Source: Rhizodiscina lignyota
Lineage: Eukaryota
NCBI GenBank assembly: GCA_010015805.1
Contig: ML978143.1
Span: 62,001-126,000 of the forward strand
Direction of reading: 5' to 3'
Length of the DNA stretch: 64,000 nt
The translations under genes were made by a program, and so were the position numbers. Below are positions 8,971 through 21,792 of the stretch, in pieces (position 1 is the first letter of the stretch; each line of letters begins with the position of its first letter). The notes below the pieces were generated by a model, which was not told the origin of the DNA, made no database searches, and worked only from the letters and a program-made list of their open reading frames with translations.

Positions 8971-11016
8971 TCATTGTTTCGTTTCTATCGTCGGGGCCTC
9001 TGTCATGTCTACATCGCCGCGGGTCATCGCCTGCAGCCAAAGAAAGTTGCGCACAATCGCTAAAGAAATCGTCAGTGTTATTTTTCTAGCTGGTAAAGTA
9101 GCCATCTTACCCTCAAAATGATCAAACCAGTAGATGCCAAGGCTTAATCCCAGCCTGTTCAGCTCTGCCAGGAAGAGACACCGTGTCCCAGGAACCTCTC
9201 CAGCAGCAGAGCCCGTCAATAGTCTAGATCGTTGTCAGAGTGCATCCAGAAAGCATTCAGGTCAACTTACACCCAAAGCAAAATGTATGGTATCTGTTTC
9301 CAGTCATGGATGTCTAAAGTGCTCATGATGTCGTACAATGCATCGACGTCCTCCCTGTTTCGCGGATCTTTGTGTGGAATGAGCCTCGAGCAGGCTCGAA
9401 TATGAATCATTGCAGCGAGTCTGCATGCCTGTCCGATCCTCACAACAACATCCGAATTTTCCATGTCTCTGTGGAGCCTTTGGAGCTTGGAAATTGCGCG
9501 ATCGCCGAATGTTACCAGCAAAAGTGTGTGGGGTGCGTGTGAATGGAAGTATAGTGTTTCTAGGGCGTAGAATGCCTCCTCAACCGCCGTCTTCAGTATT
9601 GGCGACTCGATGTTCCGAGCAATGGGACTCTTGCAAAAGAGCAGTGGCGAACAAGGATGGACAGGCATGTCCATGTCGCTGGGAAAGTGTCTTCGTAGTA
9701 TCGGAACCGCAGGGACTTCGGTGAGTAAGGGCCGTGTGCTTGTGCAAATAGCTGCCATGAAGTCCTGACTATGATGTGTTAATTTTCCGGCGCGAAGGGG
9801 CGGAATTTTTCATCGCACGTACAACAAGACTATAGGCCGGTACCGGCCTTTTTCGAGCGACTCTTGTCCGACCATTTCAGCCAAATGTCGTAGGCCTCGA
9901 AGGTGAATGCGAAGTTCAGCACTATTCCTATTGAATCCGTTCTAGGGTAATACTTTGTTAGTTAAGCCGGTCAGTCAGCAGGTGAATGGGGGCTTACCTC
10001 CACGCAGATAAGGCCTGCAACTCCGCCTAGAGTGTCAAACTTGACTGCTTCGTTTTTCTCCTGCAACCTCACGTTTATTCGCTTCAGAACTTGTTGTTTG
10101 CATCGGAAATGAAATTGGTGAGGCTGGCAATACCTTCCTTTCATGTAGGAAGTGAAGAAAAGCCAATCTGTGAAGAGAGTAATTTGCATTTCAGAACCGT
10201 CTCCATGAAGCCCGGTAAGACAGTACTCTGTGATTGGACTGACTGCTAAGTCTGGACTGACGTGATAGGTGAGGAGTTCGAGGACTACGATGTAAACAGA
10301 AGTTAGCCCGATCTTTGCAGCGTCCACCAACCCAGCTGGAGCGTGGGTGTGCAGGTAGAATATTCCGATTGGATGATGGCTTACATTGGCCATGCGCTTT
10401 CAGCAACATTTCGAAAACCGAGGGCGTAGTAAACGGTTTGACTGCAGAGTAAAAATTGTTCCGGATCGCAGTCAGGCCGGCGCTCGGTTGCAGAGTAGTA
10501 GGACCGGGTATGCTGTGGATCTCGTCGATGGCCTGCTCATAATCTTTTTGATACTGAGGATACTGTTCAAATGGACAGAGTAACTGCTCGCAGTTTGGAA
10601 TGTCGTCCGGAATGATCAAGGGGTTCGCCTCGGGCGCGACCATGAGAGGGTCCCAAACATGAGTGCCATCGATGTCCGACAGCTCAGGGAACCCAAAGGA
10701 GGAGATGAAATCATCAGGGCGACGGCCTGAACAGCGCTTGGGACTGTTCTGCAACTTTGCCTTGCTGTCACTTGGTGCAGGACTTCGTGACGGGCCGCGC
10801 GAGGATGCGGAGCGTGAAGATGCGGACTCTAGGCTGTTCTCAGCAACCTCACGATACACCGGTACAAAGGGAGGAAAAGTTACCAGCTTTATAAGCACCT
10901 GTCCGTTCTTTTCGTCTGAACTCTCTCATAACATGAGAGCGGACAAGCTTTCGAGACTCGGCATCCCGCTTGAAGGCCTCTGGGCCCGATCTATTGACGA
11001 AGGATAAATTTTGCAT
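8971..11016 (-). CDS. Fungal-specific transcription-factor-like protein without a Zn cluster (RxxVRSHVM family), multi-exon
   Basis: ATG at 11016 gives MQNLSFVNRSGPEAFKRDAESRKLVRSHVMREFRRK. Canonical introns join downstream exons encoding ELRIHLRGL, ACRLAAMIHI and ILLWV/LLTGS. Confidence 0.72.
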
Positions 11017-12588
11017 GTTGGTGGAAGATGGAAGACATTGCCAACCGCGAGGGACTCCTTTTTAGAGCGAATGCTCGTCTGGGAGCCCGTCACAATTTGA
11101 AGCTCTTGAGGACTATCGCCTCCAGAACGCTACGGATCGTCCATAGGACTATTGTTACGAAAGTGGAATAGAGCTTACTAAAAGGTAACTAAGCACCTGA
11201 ATGGTGGATAGAGGGCGCGAGGGTGGACTAGACGAGAAAAGGCATTGCTGGGCCTTGGCGCCTCGTGCCTGGAGGGAGAAGGGGCTAGGGCGACGCGCGC
11301 CCCTGGATCTCGAGGTTTATATTGCATCGAGCGCATGAGACGGGCCCGTTCGCCGTACGGCTGTCTTCTGGGCTGAGAGATGGCATCCGGCATCCCTCGG
11401 TGAAGCGAGTCGAGCTGGCGGCGTGGGAAGGACTGCGTTGCTTGTTGCAGTCTGGCACCAAGCCTGGCACGACTCTGCTTACGGAAGCCTGGCTGCAGCG
11501 CGCTGGGCGCACAAGGCGAATCACCGCGCGTGAGCTCGCACGGCACTGGGCACCATGCCGAACGCTGCTCGAGTCGCTGGTGGTCGGGATGGGGTGTCGA
11601 AGGTTTAAGCTTAAGTTAGGCCTGCGACGTCTGGAGGCGAGCCACTCGATTGGCGTGCTGCGTCGCGGCGCCAGGGGCGGGAATAACGGCTGAGAGGCCA
11701 AGGCAGCGCTCTGGCATATGCAACTGTAGGGCCTCAGCCAGAGATGTGAGGGAGATACTTAACGTTCACCGCTCGCCTGCGTCGCGAACTCGGCCCAGTG
11801 TCGGGCGAGACAGCACGGCGGGATCGTATACGTACTTCAAGCGCCCATCACCCTCTCGCAGCACAATCGGATGGCGACCTGAGGCAAGAATACGAGCTCA
11901 CCATATCAGGATTCACGCTCGAGCTCTGCTGCAGAGCGCTGTGCAGCGATGCCTTGCTGCCTTGCTCGCGCTTAGCCGCCACATCTCTCCAAGTGGTTGG
12001 CCACGGCCGGGTGTGCATATCAAATCACAAATCACCGATGTCGACTTCTCAAACGATCGCGGCGCCGCACCTGATCGACTACATGAGCTGCGAAACGACG
12101 CATTGCTAAACGCATTGCTAAACTGTTGCTATCAATGGAAGCGTTGCTGACAAGACCTATTCCACGGACCACGGAGATGATTCGACGTCGGCAAACGGGT
12201 GTACCAGTGCCTTGGCAGAGGCCAGACGGCAGCACGCCGGGTAGAGGAATAGCCAGGAGGCGGCACTGATGCCACGGAACTGATCCCGTGCCAGAGGGGA
12301 CGCATCGTTACGCGTGAGCTGCTCGCAGTGCCCCTTCTCAGTGTCCTTAGGTGGTACGAAGAGGCTTTGCTTCCTCGATGACTCCAATATCCACACCAGC
12401 GTCAGGCGTTCTTTCCATTCACCATCGAGTTGCTCCTTCTTCGTTTCTCTGCAGCAACATGGCTTCGTGCCAGCCTTCTTTCTCGCTGCCTTCTTCAACA
12501 TGGACTCTCAACTTCCTCAAGCTGTATTCATGTCACTTTCAGTGCCCGGGAACAAGTCCTCGGACCCTTCTTTGGCGGCACTATCAGA

Positions 12589-15277
12589 ATGGCGATGACC
12601 GCGCCCTATTCCAATGCCATGAGAATCGGTACGTTGTCCTTTCCGCACTCCACTGGCCGGCACAAGCGAATGTTGCTCCGCCTCACAAACCATCTTGAAA
12701 CCATTTCCCAGAAGCAAGGCTTGTTACAAGTATTTCAGTGCATTGCACGGCTTCTGCCTGGAGCCCGAGAATTTGTATTCCTCTTGTTCCGCCTTGGTGC
12801 TGACATCACAAAGGACAGGGCTTCAACTCATATACTCAGGAGATCCGGATTGAAGGAGCTGTGAAAATCAAACAGTCTTCTCCAATTTCAGCACAACGAT
12901 ATGCGGCACACTGGAAGGCCCTGCCAGCAGCTTCAACGAACCAAATGATGCGCAGCAGAAGCGCCCAGCAGCTGAGTTTGGAGAAAATCAAGGTGATAGG
13001 TTACCAGGCTTTCAGAATGCATCTCTCGTGGCAGGAGCCAGCATTGCGTTCAATCCGCAGTCCGCTCCAAGTTCTTTGCTGCCTTTCACACTGCCATGTG
13101 GACCAGTGACGTGCGGCAGCCAATCTGTGACATACTCGACCCGAGCAATCGACAACCTCAGCGAGGTCATGGATGCGCTTAATATTTCTGCTGCAGCATC
13201 AATCAAATATGGAACGATTCATGGCAATGCCAGCGCTGCATTTGTCAACGAAGGCAAAGTGCTCGAGAGCCAGCTGAATTACGTCGTGAGCGTCAAAGTC
13301 AACAATGCTGGAAAGGATGAGTCCGAATCCTTGGAGTTTGTGCCGATCGATGGACTCCCTGCAGGGAGATTTACTGAAGTGTACGGCGATTGCTTCATTT
13401 CGGGCTTTCTCAAGGGTGGAGAGTTCAGTGCAGTTATATCCATCTCAGTGCATGACAAGAGCAAACTCAGTCGTGTAAAGCAAGCGCTGGACGTTCAACT
13501 CGCAGTTGGCCCTTCTCTAGTATCGGTTGGGGGGAGAGAGTCATTCGAAAAGGACAACCAGGAGCTGCTCGAGGGCACAGAGATTACCATATCAGTCAAT
13601 TGGATTGGCGGGGGAGAGATCAAGAAGCCAGAGGTACCATGGACTATACCAACTGTCGTTTCCGTTGCCAATACTTTTCCATCAATGGTTGCTCGCTGCT
13701 CGGCAAGGACGACAGCGATCCTCATGTCGTATACAGCTCTCAAATCCTTCCAAATCTAGAGGTGGAAGATGGCTGGAAATGATCCAGATTCGGAGTGGGC
13801 GAGGCGCAGTCTTATCTTGAATTATGCACCGTGTGCACTATATACTGCCGATCTATTCGATGCTATGATGGTATACAAGAGACTTTGGAAGAAGATTGGC
13901 TACAGTAACACGCTAGACCACAGCAGTCTTGTCTGAATTGCACTGACTGTCAACACAGTTCTATCTGACACGTCGAAATGGAGAGTTCGGGAGCATGCAA
14001 ATGTGACACCCAATCCTCCGGCAAACCATACGACCGGGCATAAGGAAGGTTTCCTCGCACTCTATGCAGCCACAGAAGACCATGAGACCGTAAGAAAGCG
14101 AGATTCTGGTGTCCCTGATGCCGCTGTTCCAGAGGTGTCTCAAGAGTCTTCAGAAGCACATACTGCGCCTCCCAGAAGCCTTTCCAAAGCCGAGACCTTC
14201 CACGTGAGTGACAGTCTTCCGGGCTGGGCGCTCGATGTTCTCAACAACGAGCGCACTCCGATCACTCTTGACTCACTCGACCTCAATGAAGCTCGCCTTG
14301 CATGTCGCGAGGCCATGACGCTTATCACGGAGGAAGCCTCTCGTCTGGTTAATCACCCGGAACTCGCCTACGCCGACTACGATTCGAAGACAAAGCAAAC
14401 GCGTATGAAGCGACCAATCTATCCATACCCGGAGATCCTTCGCAATCGCCTACCCACATTCATACGCAATGACGTTGCGGAAGATGCATTTGCTCACGAC
14501 GCCGCGGCCGCTCTGACGAAAACATACGCGCACAACAACGATCTGTTCTGCCACATTGTCGGCGACGCTCCGAATCCCGACCGCAAGTACCGGCCATTTA
14601 CATCTCTCGAGCTCAGCGAGAAGCATGACAACAACCATGTCACGGCCATCAGCATACACGGCCATCATCATCACCATCTCTCACCAAGTCGCTTTTCCAA
14701 GACCGCCCAGGACGCCATTGGCGTTCTTGGCTTCAGATTCCTCCGCGACGAGACCAACGGCCGAGAACGCCAAGCCGATCGCTGCACAGAGCACTACGGA
14801 ACGCCCTCTTACGATCGGAAGTCAGTAAAAAGCCTTGAGCTATACAAGTCAGGGAACGTGAATGCGCCAATGCCCTTAGCGTCGGCCGCCAAACAGCAGG
14901 GGCAGGCGGTTCGCTCATTGTTGACTAATCTTCCAGCAGCTGACAGCGCGCCTAAGACGCGTGCATCGCTACCAGGGGCAGGGCAGCCGGATGTGAGTAT
15001 CACTCGCATCGACATCAGCTACGTGCCTGGTTCGGGGCGCATTGCTGGTATCGTGTTCTACGACGTGTTCAATGGTGCTGCTGCGGAAAGGCTGGCATGG
15101 CGGCAGTGGGGTATGGCAGGGAATGAACCGCATGCTCTGGTTACAGTGAAGCAGAGTGCACCCGGAGTGGCCGCAGATGGACGCTCGTGGAGGTTTGTTG
15201 GCATGGCGGGCGACTGGGACCACTCGATCTGGGGAGACGTGTTGGCGCGGGTGAGCGGGGTGTGGAGGAAGGTGTAG
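12589..15277 (+). pseudogene. MACPF/CDC-like protein with possible C-terminal beta-prism (jacalin-like) domain, interrupted by an in-frame TAG
   Basis: Exon 1 MAMTAPYSNAMRIG; intron 12629-12813; GQGFNSYTQ; SQSVTYSTRAIDNLSEVMDALNISAAASIKYG; YGDCFISGFLKGG. In-frame TAG at 13757-13759 with coding-like sequence continuing after it. Intron 13905-13958, then a 424-aa terminal ORF. A frame change near 12990-13060 could be resolved by a weak intron at 12993-13060. Confidence 0.7.
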
Positions 15278-16465
15278 AGAAAGCATTGCCGCTCGTTGAA
15301 GAGGAGTGAACAGTGCATATGGCCTCTGCAGACACGAAATACATTTCAATTGTGTTGCTGTTGGTGTGCACTCGAGTCTCGCTCACGCTGAAGTGTCAGG
15401 GCTGATCGAACATTGGCCGTCGCTCGGATGTTTCCGACTGACATCAATGTTTATGTCACTACCCTTGGAGATCAATGTATTGCAGCTGGCGCGCGAAGCG
15501 CTCCTGGTACCTGAGCGGAAGCATAAGGGCATCTTCTAAGCAGCCTTCTAGCTCCTGCCTCTCATGTGCGGCTGGCTGCAATGACGCTTCGGTGCATGTT
15601 CTGCTCAAGCTTCGCTTGCATTAGCCTCTTGCGCTGGAGGGGAGATTAAGGTTGCTGTGGAACAGCGCGACGTTAACAGCCAGCTTCTCACGCATTACCC
15701 GCGCTCTGTCCTTGGCCTTTCGTGCCCCAGCCGGGATGGAGGCTGTCTCTCGTCACTGTCTTCCTTTCCCCTTCCGGCTAATGCAGCCCTACGGCCACGC
15801 ATTGGCCAGAATGGTGTCTGGCGCAGATCTCGAGGCCGCGAGCTCCGCAGCATCCCACGGCGCGCTCTCAGCCCTCCAACCTACAAAGCACCCTATCTTC
15901 CGTGGCCTGCGCTCTCGCTATCGCGTCCCTTCACGACAGCTGTCCAGAGGCCATCGTCAACGTCGCACAAGCAGCGTCGGCCAAGCGCGCGCGCCACGCA
16001 ACCGCCTCGCAGCCGGCATTCGTCCGCTCGCATCGGCCTAGCTAGTTCAGGTCTTTGTATGAGCAATATTAAAGGCCTTGCAACTCCCTTCGCTCGTTCA
16101 CACTCGATCGGGCGTCGTCAGAATAAGCATCACCTCCCCCGCGGTATCGCGCCCAGCAGGATAGCATCCCACCTCATTACGAAAGCCAGCGCCGGCTGAA
16201 TCATACGACCAAGCTATTTGTCACCGCCTGCCTCTGTTAAGATATTGCTGGAGCGCCCATCAGACAGCGGCCGTGCGTGTGCTGCCGCTTTACCACTCAC
16301 CACCACACCCCTCTGCTAGCTGGCTGAGAGGCTAGTACCAAGTACCGACCTGCCGGAAGCTTGGTCTGGCCTACTGCCGCATAAGCCTGCTCTTTGTTCG
16401 TCTGGGGAACGTCGGTGCAAAGCTGCCTACCGAATCATCGCCCCTCCCAACATCGTGAGACAGCG

Positions 16466-17662
16466 ATGTCGATAAAGTAAGTTGCTGCCCAGCCCTCTGA
16501 TCCTTTGCTGGAACCCTGCACCTTTGCGCTGTGCGCTGCGCGCTGCACCTATTCTCAAATCCCCATGGTCTATTCCTATCTTCTGGGAAGCTGAACGGCT
16601 TCAATTCCGCCTCGATACCGCGAAACCCCAAATCGCATCCGGCTTCCTCTTCCACCCCCTCGAATGCGTCAAACCTTAAGCAACACCTCCGTCGGGATTT
16701 CCGAATTTCTTCCCTTTCTATTCTTACGATTCTCGCAACATTACGCTAACAGGGAATGACTACAGTTGGGTAATGCTCTCCGAGACGGAGGGCTTCACCC
16801 CTCTGCCCGGCGAGCAGCGCCTCTACACCTCCCCACCACGCACCGCACTCTCGCTCTCGTCGGTCAATAAATATCCCGGGAAGGAGCCCTTCTCGATACA
16901 AAGTGGCGGAGGCTGCGTGCATCTCACAAATAGAAGAGTGCGTCCTCCCCGCGGACATGTCAGCCAAGAGCTATAAGATAAGAGCGACAATCCCACTGAC
17001 AGAGTGAGGAATCGCAGATAGTCTACCTGCCGGCCTCGCCCACGCCACAGCTCCAGTCCTTCGCCGCGCCCCTCCTCCACCTGCACGACACGCACGTCAC
17101 CGCGCCTTTTTTCGGGCCCAATGTCTGGACCTCCGTGCTGCAGCCCGTGCCCGGCGGCGGCATCCCGCCACACGTGCACGCCGTCGAGCTGAAGATGACA
17201 TTCAAGGACGGCGGCGCGTTCGACTTCCACACCAAGTTTGAGCGGATAAAGGAGCGGCTCATGCAGGCGGTCGACGTGGCGCGGGAGAGCGGGCAGCCTG
17301 CGAATGAAGGGGCCAGCGGAGGTGGAAGAGGTGGCGGAGCCGATTTGAACGGCGTGAACCTGGATAATGTAAATCTGGAAGAACTGCCGGCATATTCGGA
17401 GAGCGGGCAGTCGATACCGGTACCGGTGGAACCTTCAGGGGTGGCCGACCCGCACGCCCAGACGGCGATGGGATCGGCTATGGCGGCGGCAAACGGAGCG
17501 TCGAGCTCAACGGCTACGAACAGTCCCCATCAGGAGGTCTTCACGCCGCCGGTGGAGCCTCCGCCAGATTACGAGACTGCGCATAGAGGTAGCATCGTTG
17601 CCGAGCTGGAAAGGAGGCTGAGGAGCGGGGAGATGGAGGAGGAAGATGATGATCGCCAGTGA
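16466..17662 (+). CDS. WW-domain-binding protein 2-like (GRAM/PH-like domain plus PY motifs)
   Basis: Micro-exon ATGTCGATAAA plus intron 16477-16765 gives MSINWVML. Intron 16938-17017 gives LTNRR|IVYLP. Also APFFGPNVW, FKDGGAFDF, LPAY and PPDY motifs. Confidence 0.88.
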
Positions 17663-18995
17663 GCGTTTGCCCGACTTGGAACGATCGTGATTGTGATTTG
17701 ATGAACCTTCACCTTTTTTTTAATAGAAGAGCGAGCATAGCGGACTTTCATGGATGGGATTGGAGTTGGGTAAAAGGCCTTTACGGCGTACACGAGATAT
17801 GAAATGCATGACCCTCGAAGGCTGGGTTTTAATGATTCTGTTGACGTTCAAATCCATGTCTGATTTCTCTGAGCTTAGTAATACTTATGTTTCAGGACAG
17901 GCCAAATACGAGACGAAGTCATTGGAAGTTTAAGGCTGGGACGAGCTGGTTTCTGCCACGCCTGAATTCGCTACCGCCAATCAGTTCAGGTGCGAGAAGA
18001 GCTTCTGCAGGTTTTACGAGTTCAGGAACAAGGGCATAGGGAAGAGCATGTGGCTGTCTGTACATCTTGACCGACACCATCCCAGGAACATTCTGACTAA
18101 CAGCCACAGGCTAAGTATATATGGAAGTCATACGATGCTCAAGGAAGGAAGGTAGGTGACTTCTGCCGCATTTCCACTTGTTCCTCTGGAGCTGGACCAA
18201 TTGAAGCAAGAAGGAAAGCGCATGGGATATACTCCGTATACGACGTCGACACCTGATAATGGCGACGAACGTTCAATAGTGCATATGTGGGTCTCAGACG
18301 CACGGCAGCACGATTCAAGCGACCTATTTTCAGGAACAGCCTAGGCAGCATCCATGCTCGACATGGGCCGAGTGTAAGGCTAAGCCATCCAATGGCCACG
18401 GAGGAGGAGAGCTGGCTTCGGCTATGATTGCATGTGATACTGCGGGCTGGTTCAACCGGGAGGTGTGCTTCTGCACAGTGCAAGGTATATGATATCTAGA
18501 GCGAGGCTCTGAAAGGGTGCACGTGAGAGACAATACATTTCAAGCAACACTACTTTGAGGGCTGCCTGAACGATTGCAGTGTTTGACAAAGGCTAAGTGT
18601 AAGTCGAAGCCAATGAATGCTCGAGGCGAGAGCAAGGTAGCTTCTGCCGTCATTGCACTCGTTGCTGTGACAAGTTTGGGGGCCAGAGATGCCTCTGCAG
18701 AGTTTGTGAAACTAGATATACAGGAGCTGAAATGCATGCGTAAGACTATGTACGTTTCCAGAGCGTTATTTCGGGACTGGTAGAACTGACAGTCTCGAAG
18801 CTGACGAGATAGCACAAGCTCAAGAAACTCAAGCTGGTGCAGGAGCACCGAATTTTGCTCATCAGCGCAGGTGAGAGCGCCGCTGAAGTCTTGATCTGAT
18901 ATGATGTAGACAGCGTTTATCCAGAAGGCGGGGCTTCGCTGAACTTGGTCTGTGTTGATGGAGAACCTTGCGCAATATGGCTGTTCGATGTGTCG

Positions 18996-20863
18996 TCACT
19001 TTGATGCAGCCTTCTTTCGCCATCCTCGAGCTCTGCTTGCAGCCACTTGCTCCATCAGCGATACGGCTTTTACACCCTTGCCTTGAAATTTAAGCGTACA
19101 TTTAAGCGTACATGCAAGATTGCTCGAATGCTCCGCTCCAAGTATCCTCTTTTCAGTCTCGATTACCTGTACCTCTAGCTGTTCTGCCTCCTCCAATCTT
19201 CCTTGGTGCAAATATACTGGTGCTAGGTTGTTTATACTTATTAGCGTGTCAGGATGCTCAGTACCGAGTAACCTTTTGCGAGTCTCTAAAACTTGTACTG
19301 CTTGCTCTTCTGCCTCCTTCAATCTTTCTTCATGCCAATATACCGATACTAGGTTGTTTGTACTTACTAGTGTGTTAGGATGCTCTGCATCGAGCACCCT
19401 TTTACAAGTCTCCAGAACTTATGCCGCTAGTTCTTCTTCTTCCTTCAATCTTCCTTGATTATAATATACCGATATTAGATTGTTTATACTTATTAGAGTA
19501 TCGGGATGCTCTATACCGAGCACCCTTTTACGAGTCTCTAGAACTTATACAACTAGCTCTTCTGCCTCCTTCAATCTTCCTTGATCCCAATATACCGATG
19601 CTGGGTTGTTTATACTCGTCAGCGTGTCAGGATGCTCTGTGCCGAGCACTTATTAGCTTCAACTGGTTTCATATTCTAAGCAAAGTTCTCGATATACACA
19701 CTTTGCTTGAGTACCAAATTCTGGATGCAGTCTCGAATCCGAAGCTTTTGTGAAATATGGACGAGATACGCTTCTGTGACGGCCCATTGCGCCTCTCCTC
19801 ATGTATTCATCCAGTCCAATATCCTGTAAGCCTTGCTCTACATTGAAGCGGAAATACCGCTTCTCGTCGAAATGCTTCGCCGATCTTGCTATGAATCTCT
19901 TCTCCGTGTTCTCGCTCTCAGTGGCGATCTGCACTACTGTCTGACTGAGGAATTTGGTCACGCTATCTTCGAATGCTTTCTTCGCTGGATTTCGTGTCCC
20001 AATCGACACAAAGACAAAGCACTTGACCAGAGGCTTTAACTCCTTCAAGTCCCCAGTCTGCGAGCACCAGACGTTTGATGCCTCCCCTTCCACATCTACA
20101 GGATTGTTTGCGCCAAGCCCGCCATCCGCAAACGAGCGATCCCCAATGCTAACCGGATTGAAGAAAGTCGTTGCAGCGGACGTGGCCATATGTAGCAGCC
20201 TGGCATACCGTTGCTGGGAGGTCGGGTTCATCACATAGACTGTAGCTTCGGAGACGGATAATATCCTTCGTATCTTGATCCGCAGTACAGACGAAGCTAT
20301 GGCCATTAGCTAAGGAGCATTGCGCCGACAGGAATCTTACGTTCTGCAACCGCGCTCTGTATCGTCGTTGAGCAGTGCAGTCGGTGGCGATGAAGAGCTC
20401 TTCTCTACCACCATTTTTACTGCGCTTTCCAGCTTCGCTGAGCTGAATCGCGCCTTGATTTTCCCGTCATTGTTAAAGGGAGCTTGCTTTGCTTCTTGCT
20501 AAATATCTTTCTGCGAGTTCGCTGTACGCATCAATACACTTGTCAACGTCCATCTCGAGCCGGCCGACCATGATTGCAATAAGTCTTTACAGGTAAGTAG
20601 CGGTCGGCATCTACGGGAGGTGATGATTCTGCTCACCCGCCAGTGCTAGTTCCTCCAATGTGGTCAAACACCTCGCATGGCTTCACTACGGGTCGTCCGT
20701 CTTTACTTCGTTCGTGGTTCAGCCGATCTATGATGCTCTTCAAGATGTACAGCGCCGACAGCCCTCGGACCCCACCACCATCGAGAGACAGCAGACAGAG
20801 CCCTGTGCTATCCAGAGGATTTGGCTCCCTATTAGGCTCAGTGGCCTCTCTGGCCCGCTCCAT
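18996..20863 (-). pseudogene. Patatin-like phospholipase-TPR (fungal NLR-type) pseudogene lacking NB-ARC
   Basis: Patatin motifs LSLDGGGVRG, GTSTGG and DGG/NNPV with several frameshifts (near 20500, 20475 and 20190). These run directly into kinesin-light-chain-type TPRs (LGxEHPDTL..NNL) containing stop codons. Confidence 0.88.
19100..19660 (-). repeat. 126-bp (42-aa) TPR tandem repeat, 4-5 units, TpA-enriched
   Basis: G(G/A)ATGCTC recurs at 19126, 19252, 19378, 19504 and 19630, an exact 126-bp period. Confidence 0.9.
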
Positions 20864-21792
20864 ATTGCAAGTCGGGCCAACTCCTCACGGTGGGACGAAG
20901 GTGAACAAGAGTGATATGGAGAGAGGCATTTGGTATCCTCCAAAAGGATTTTCAAGCCCACAAGGCCAGCTAATATTGCCAGCTCAAAGCGAGACGCGCC
21001 AGATGGTAAGGCTGATGAGCGGCAATGCAGCCTTCTCCATGGACGAATCAGAGCCGCTCATCATAACAATCGAGGGCATCTTCGGAACTCCGAAGGTTGG
21101 TGCAACATCCTTCAGGAAATGTTTCTTGGATCACACGCTCTAATAAACGGAGGAGGATACCTCCTTTGAAGAGATGGTGTATCTTGGTAGGTTAAGAATC
21201 AAAATTTATTGTGAAGAACTTGATTTTGGGTTAAGTACGACGAAGCACAGACCCCTGTTTGGATCGGCCCGCAGCTTTGCGTCCAGTTCCACTTTTCAGG
21301 CTCATCGCGGACATCATCCTACAGCTCCCTCCGTCCAGTCCCACTCTGGCCCAGCTTCCAGCAGCGTCCGATCAAGCAGGCCCTGTTCGACAGAATTGTC
21401 TAAGAATGTGAATTTATATCCTGAGCGGCTACCTTGTCTTTGGCTCTCGCGCCAAAACAGATACGAAAGCAGCCAGGAGATATATATCAACTCAGTCGCA
21501 ATCGAGCCAAAATCTGTAAGATCCACATTTTCTACCTGTAAACGAAAGGAGCAGGCTTTCGGTTGCGGTCTTTAACGTACGATATGCACGCGGACACCTC
21601 CCTTCAGCCTCGTGGAGACTGCAACCTCCGGACTTGATCGAAGTTTCTTCTGCACAGCCCCAGGTCGCAGCAAGCCTCGTCCCAGATCATCTCTTATAAT
21701 TCTCCGCACTCCGTACAGCCGATTGCACTTGCAAAATTGTTTTGTTTTGTCTATCTTCTGTTCAAACCTTGCAAATGAAGTTATGAAAAGAC

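Noticed and set aside
11178..12500. GC-rich overlapping ORFs of 100-170 aa
   Set aside because: No domain signal; likely promoter/UTR sequence between divergent genes.
15652..16400. Arg/Ser-rich ORFs upstream of the WBP2-like gene
   Set aside because: Low-complexity translations with no motif; likely intergenic or 5' UTR.
17900..18990. Coding-like fragments between the WBP2-like gene and the TPR relic
   Set aside because: Possibly a decayed gene, but no family could be recognised.
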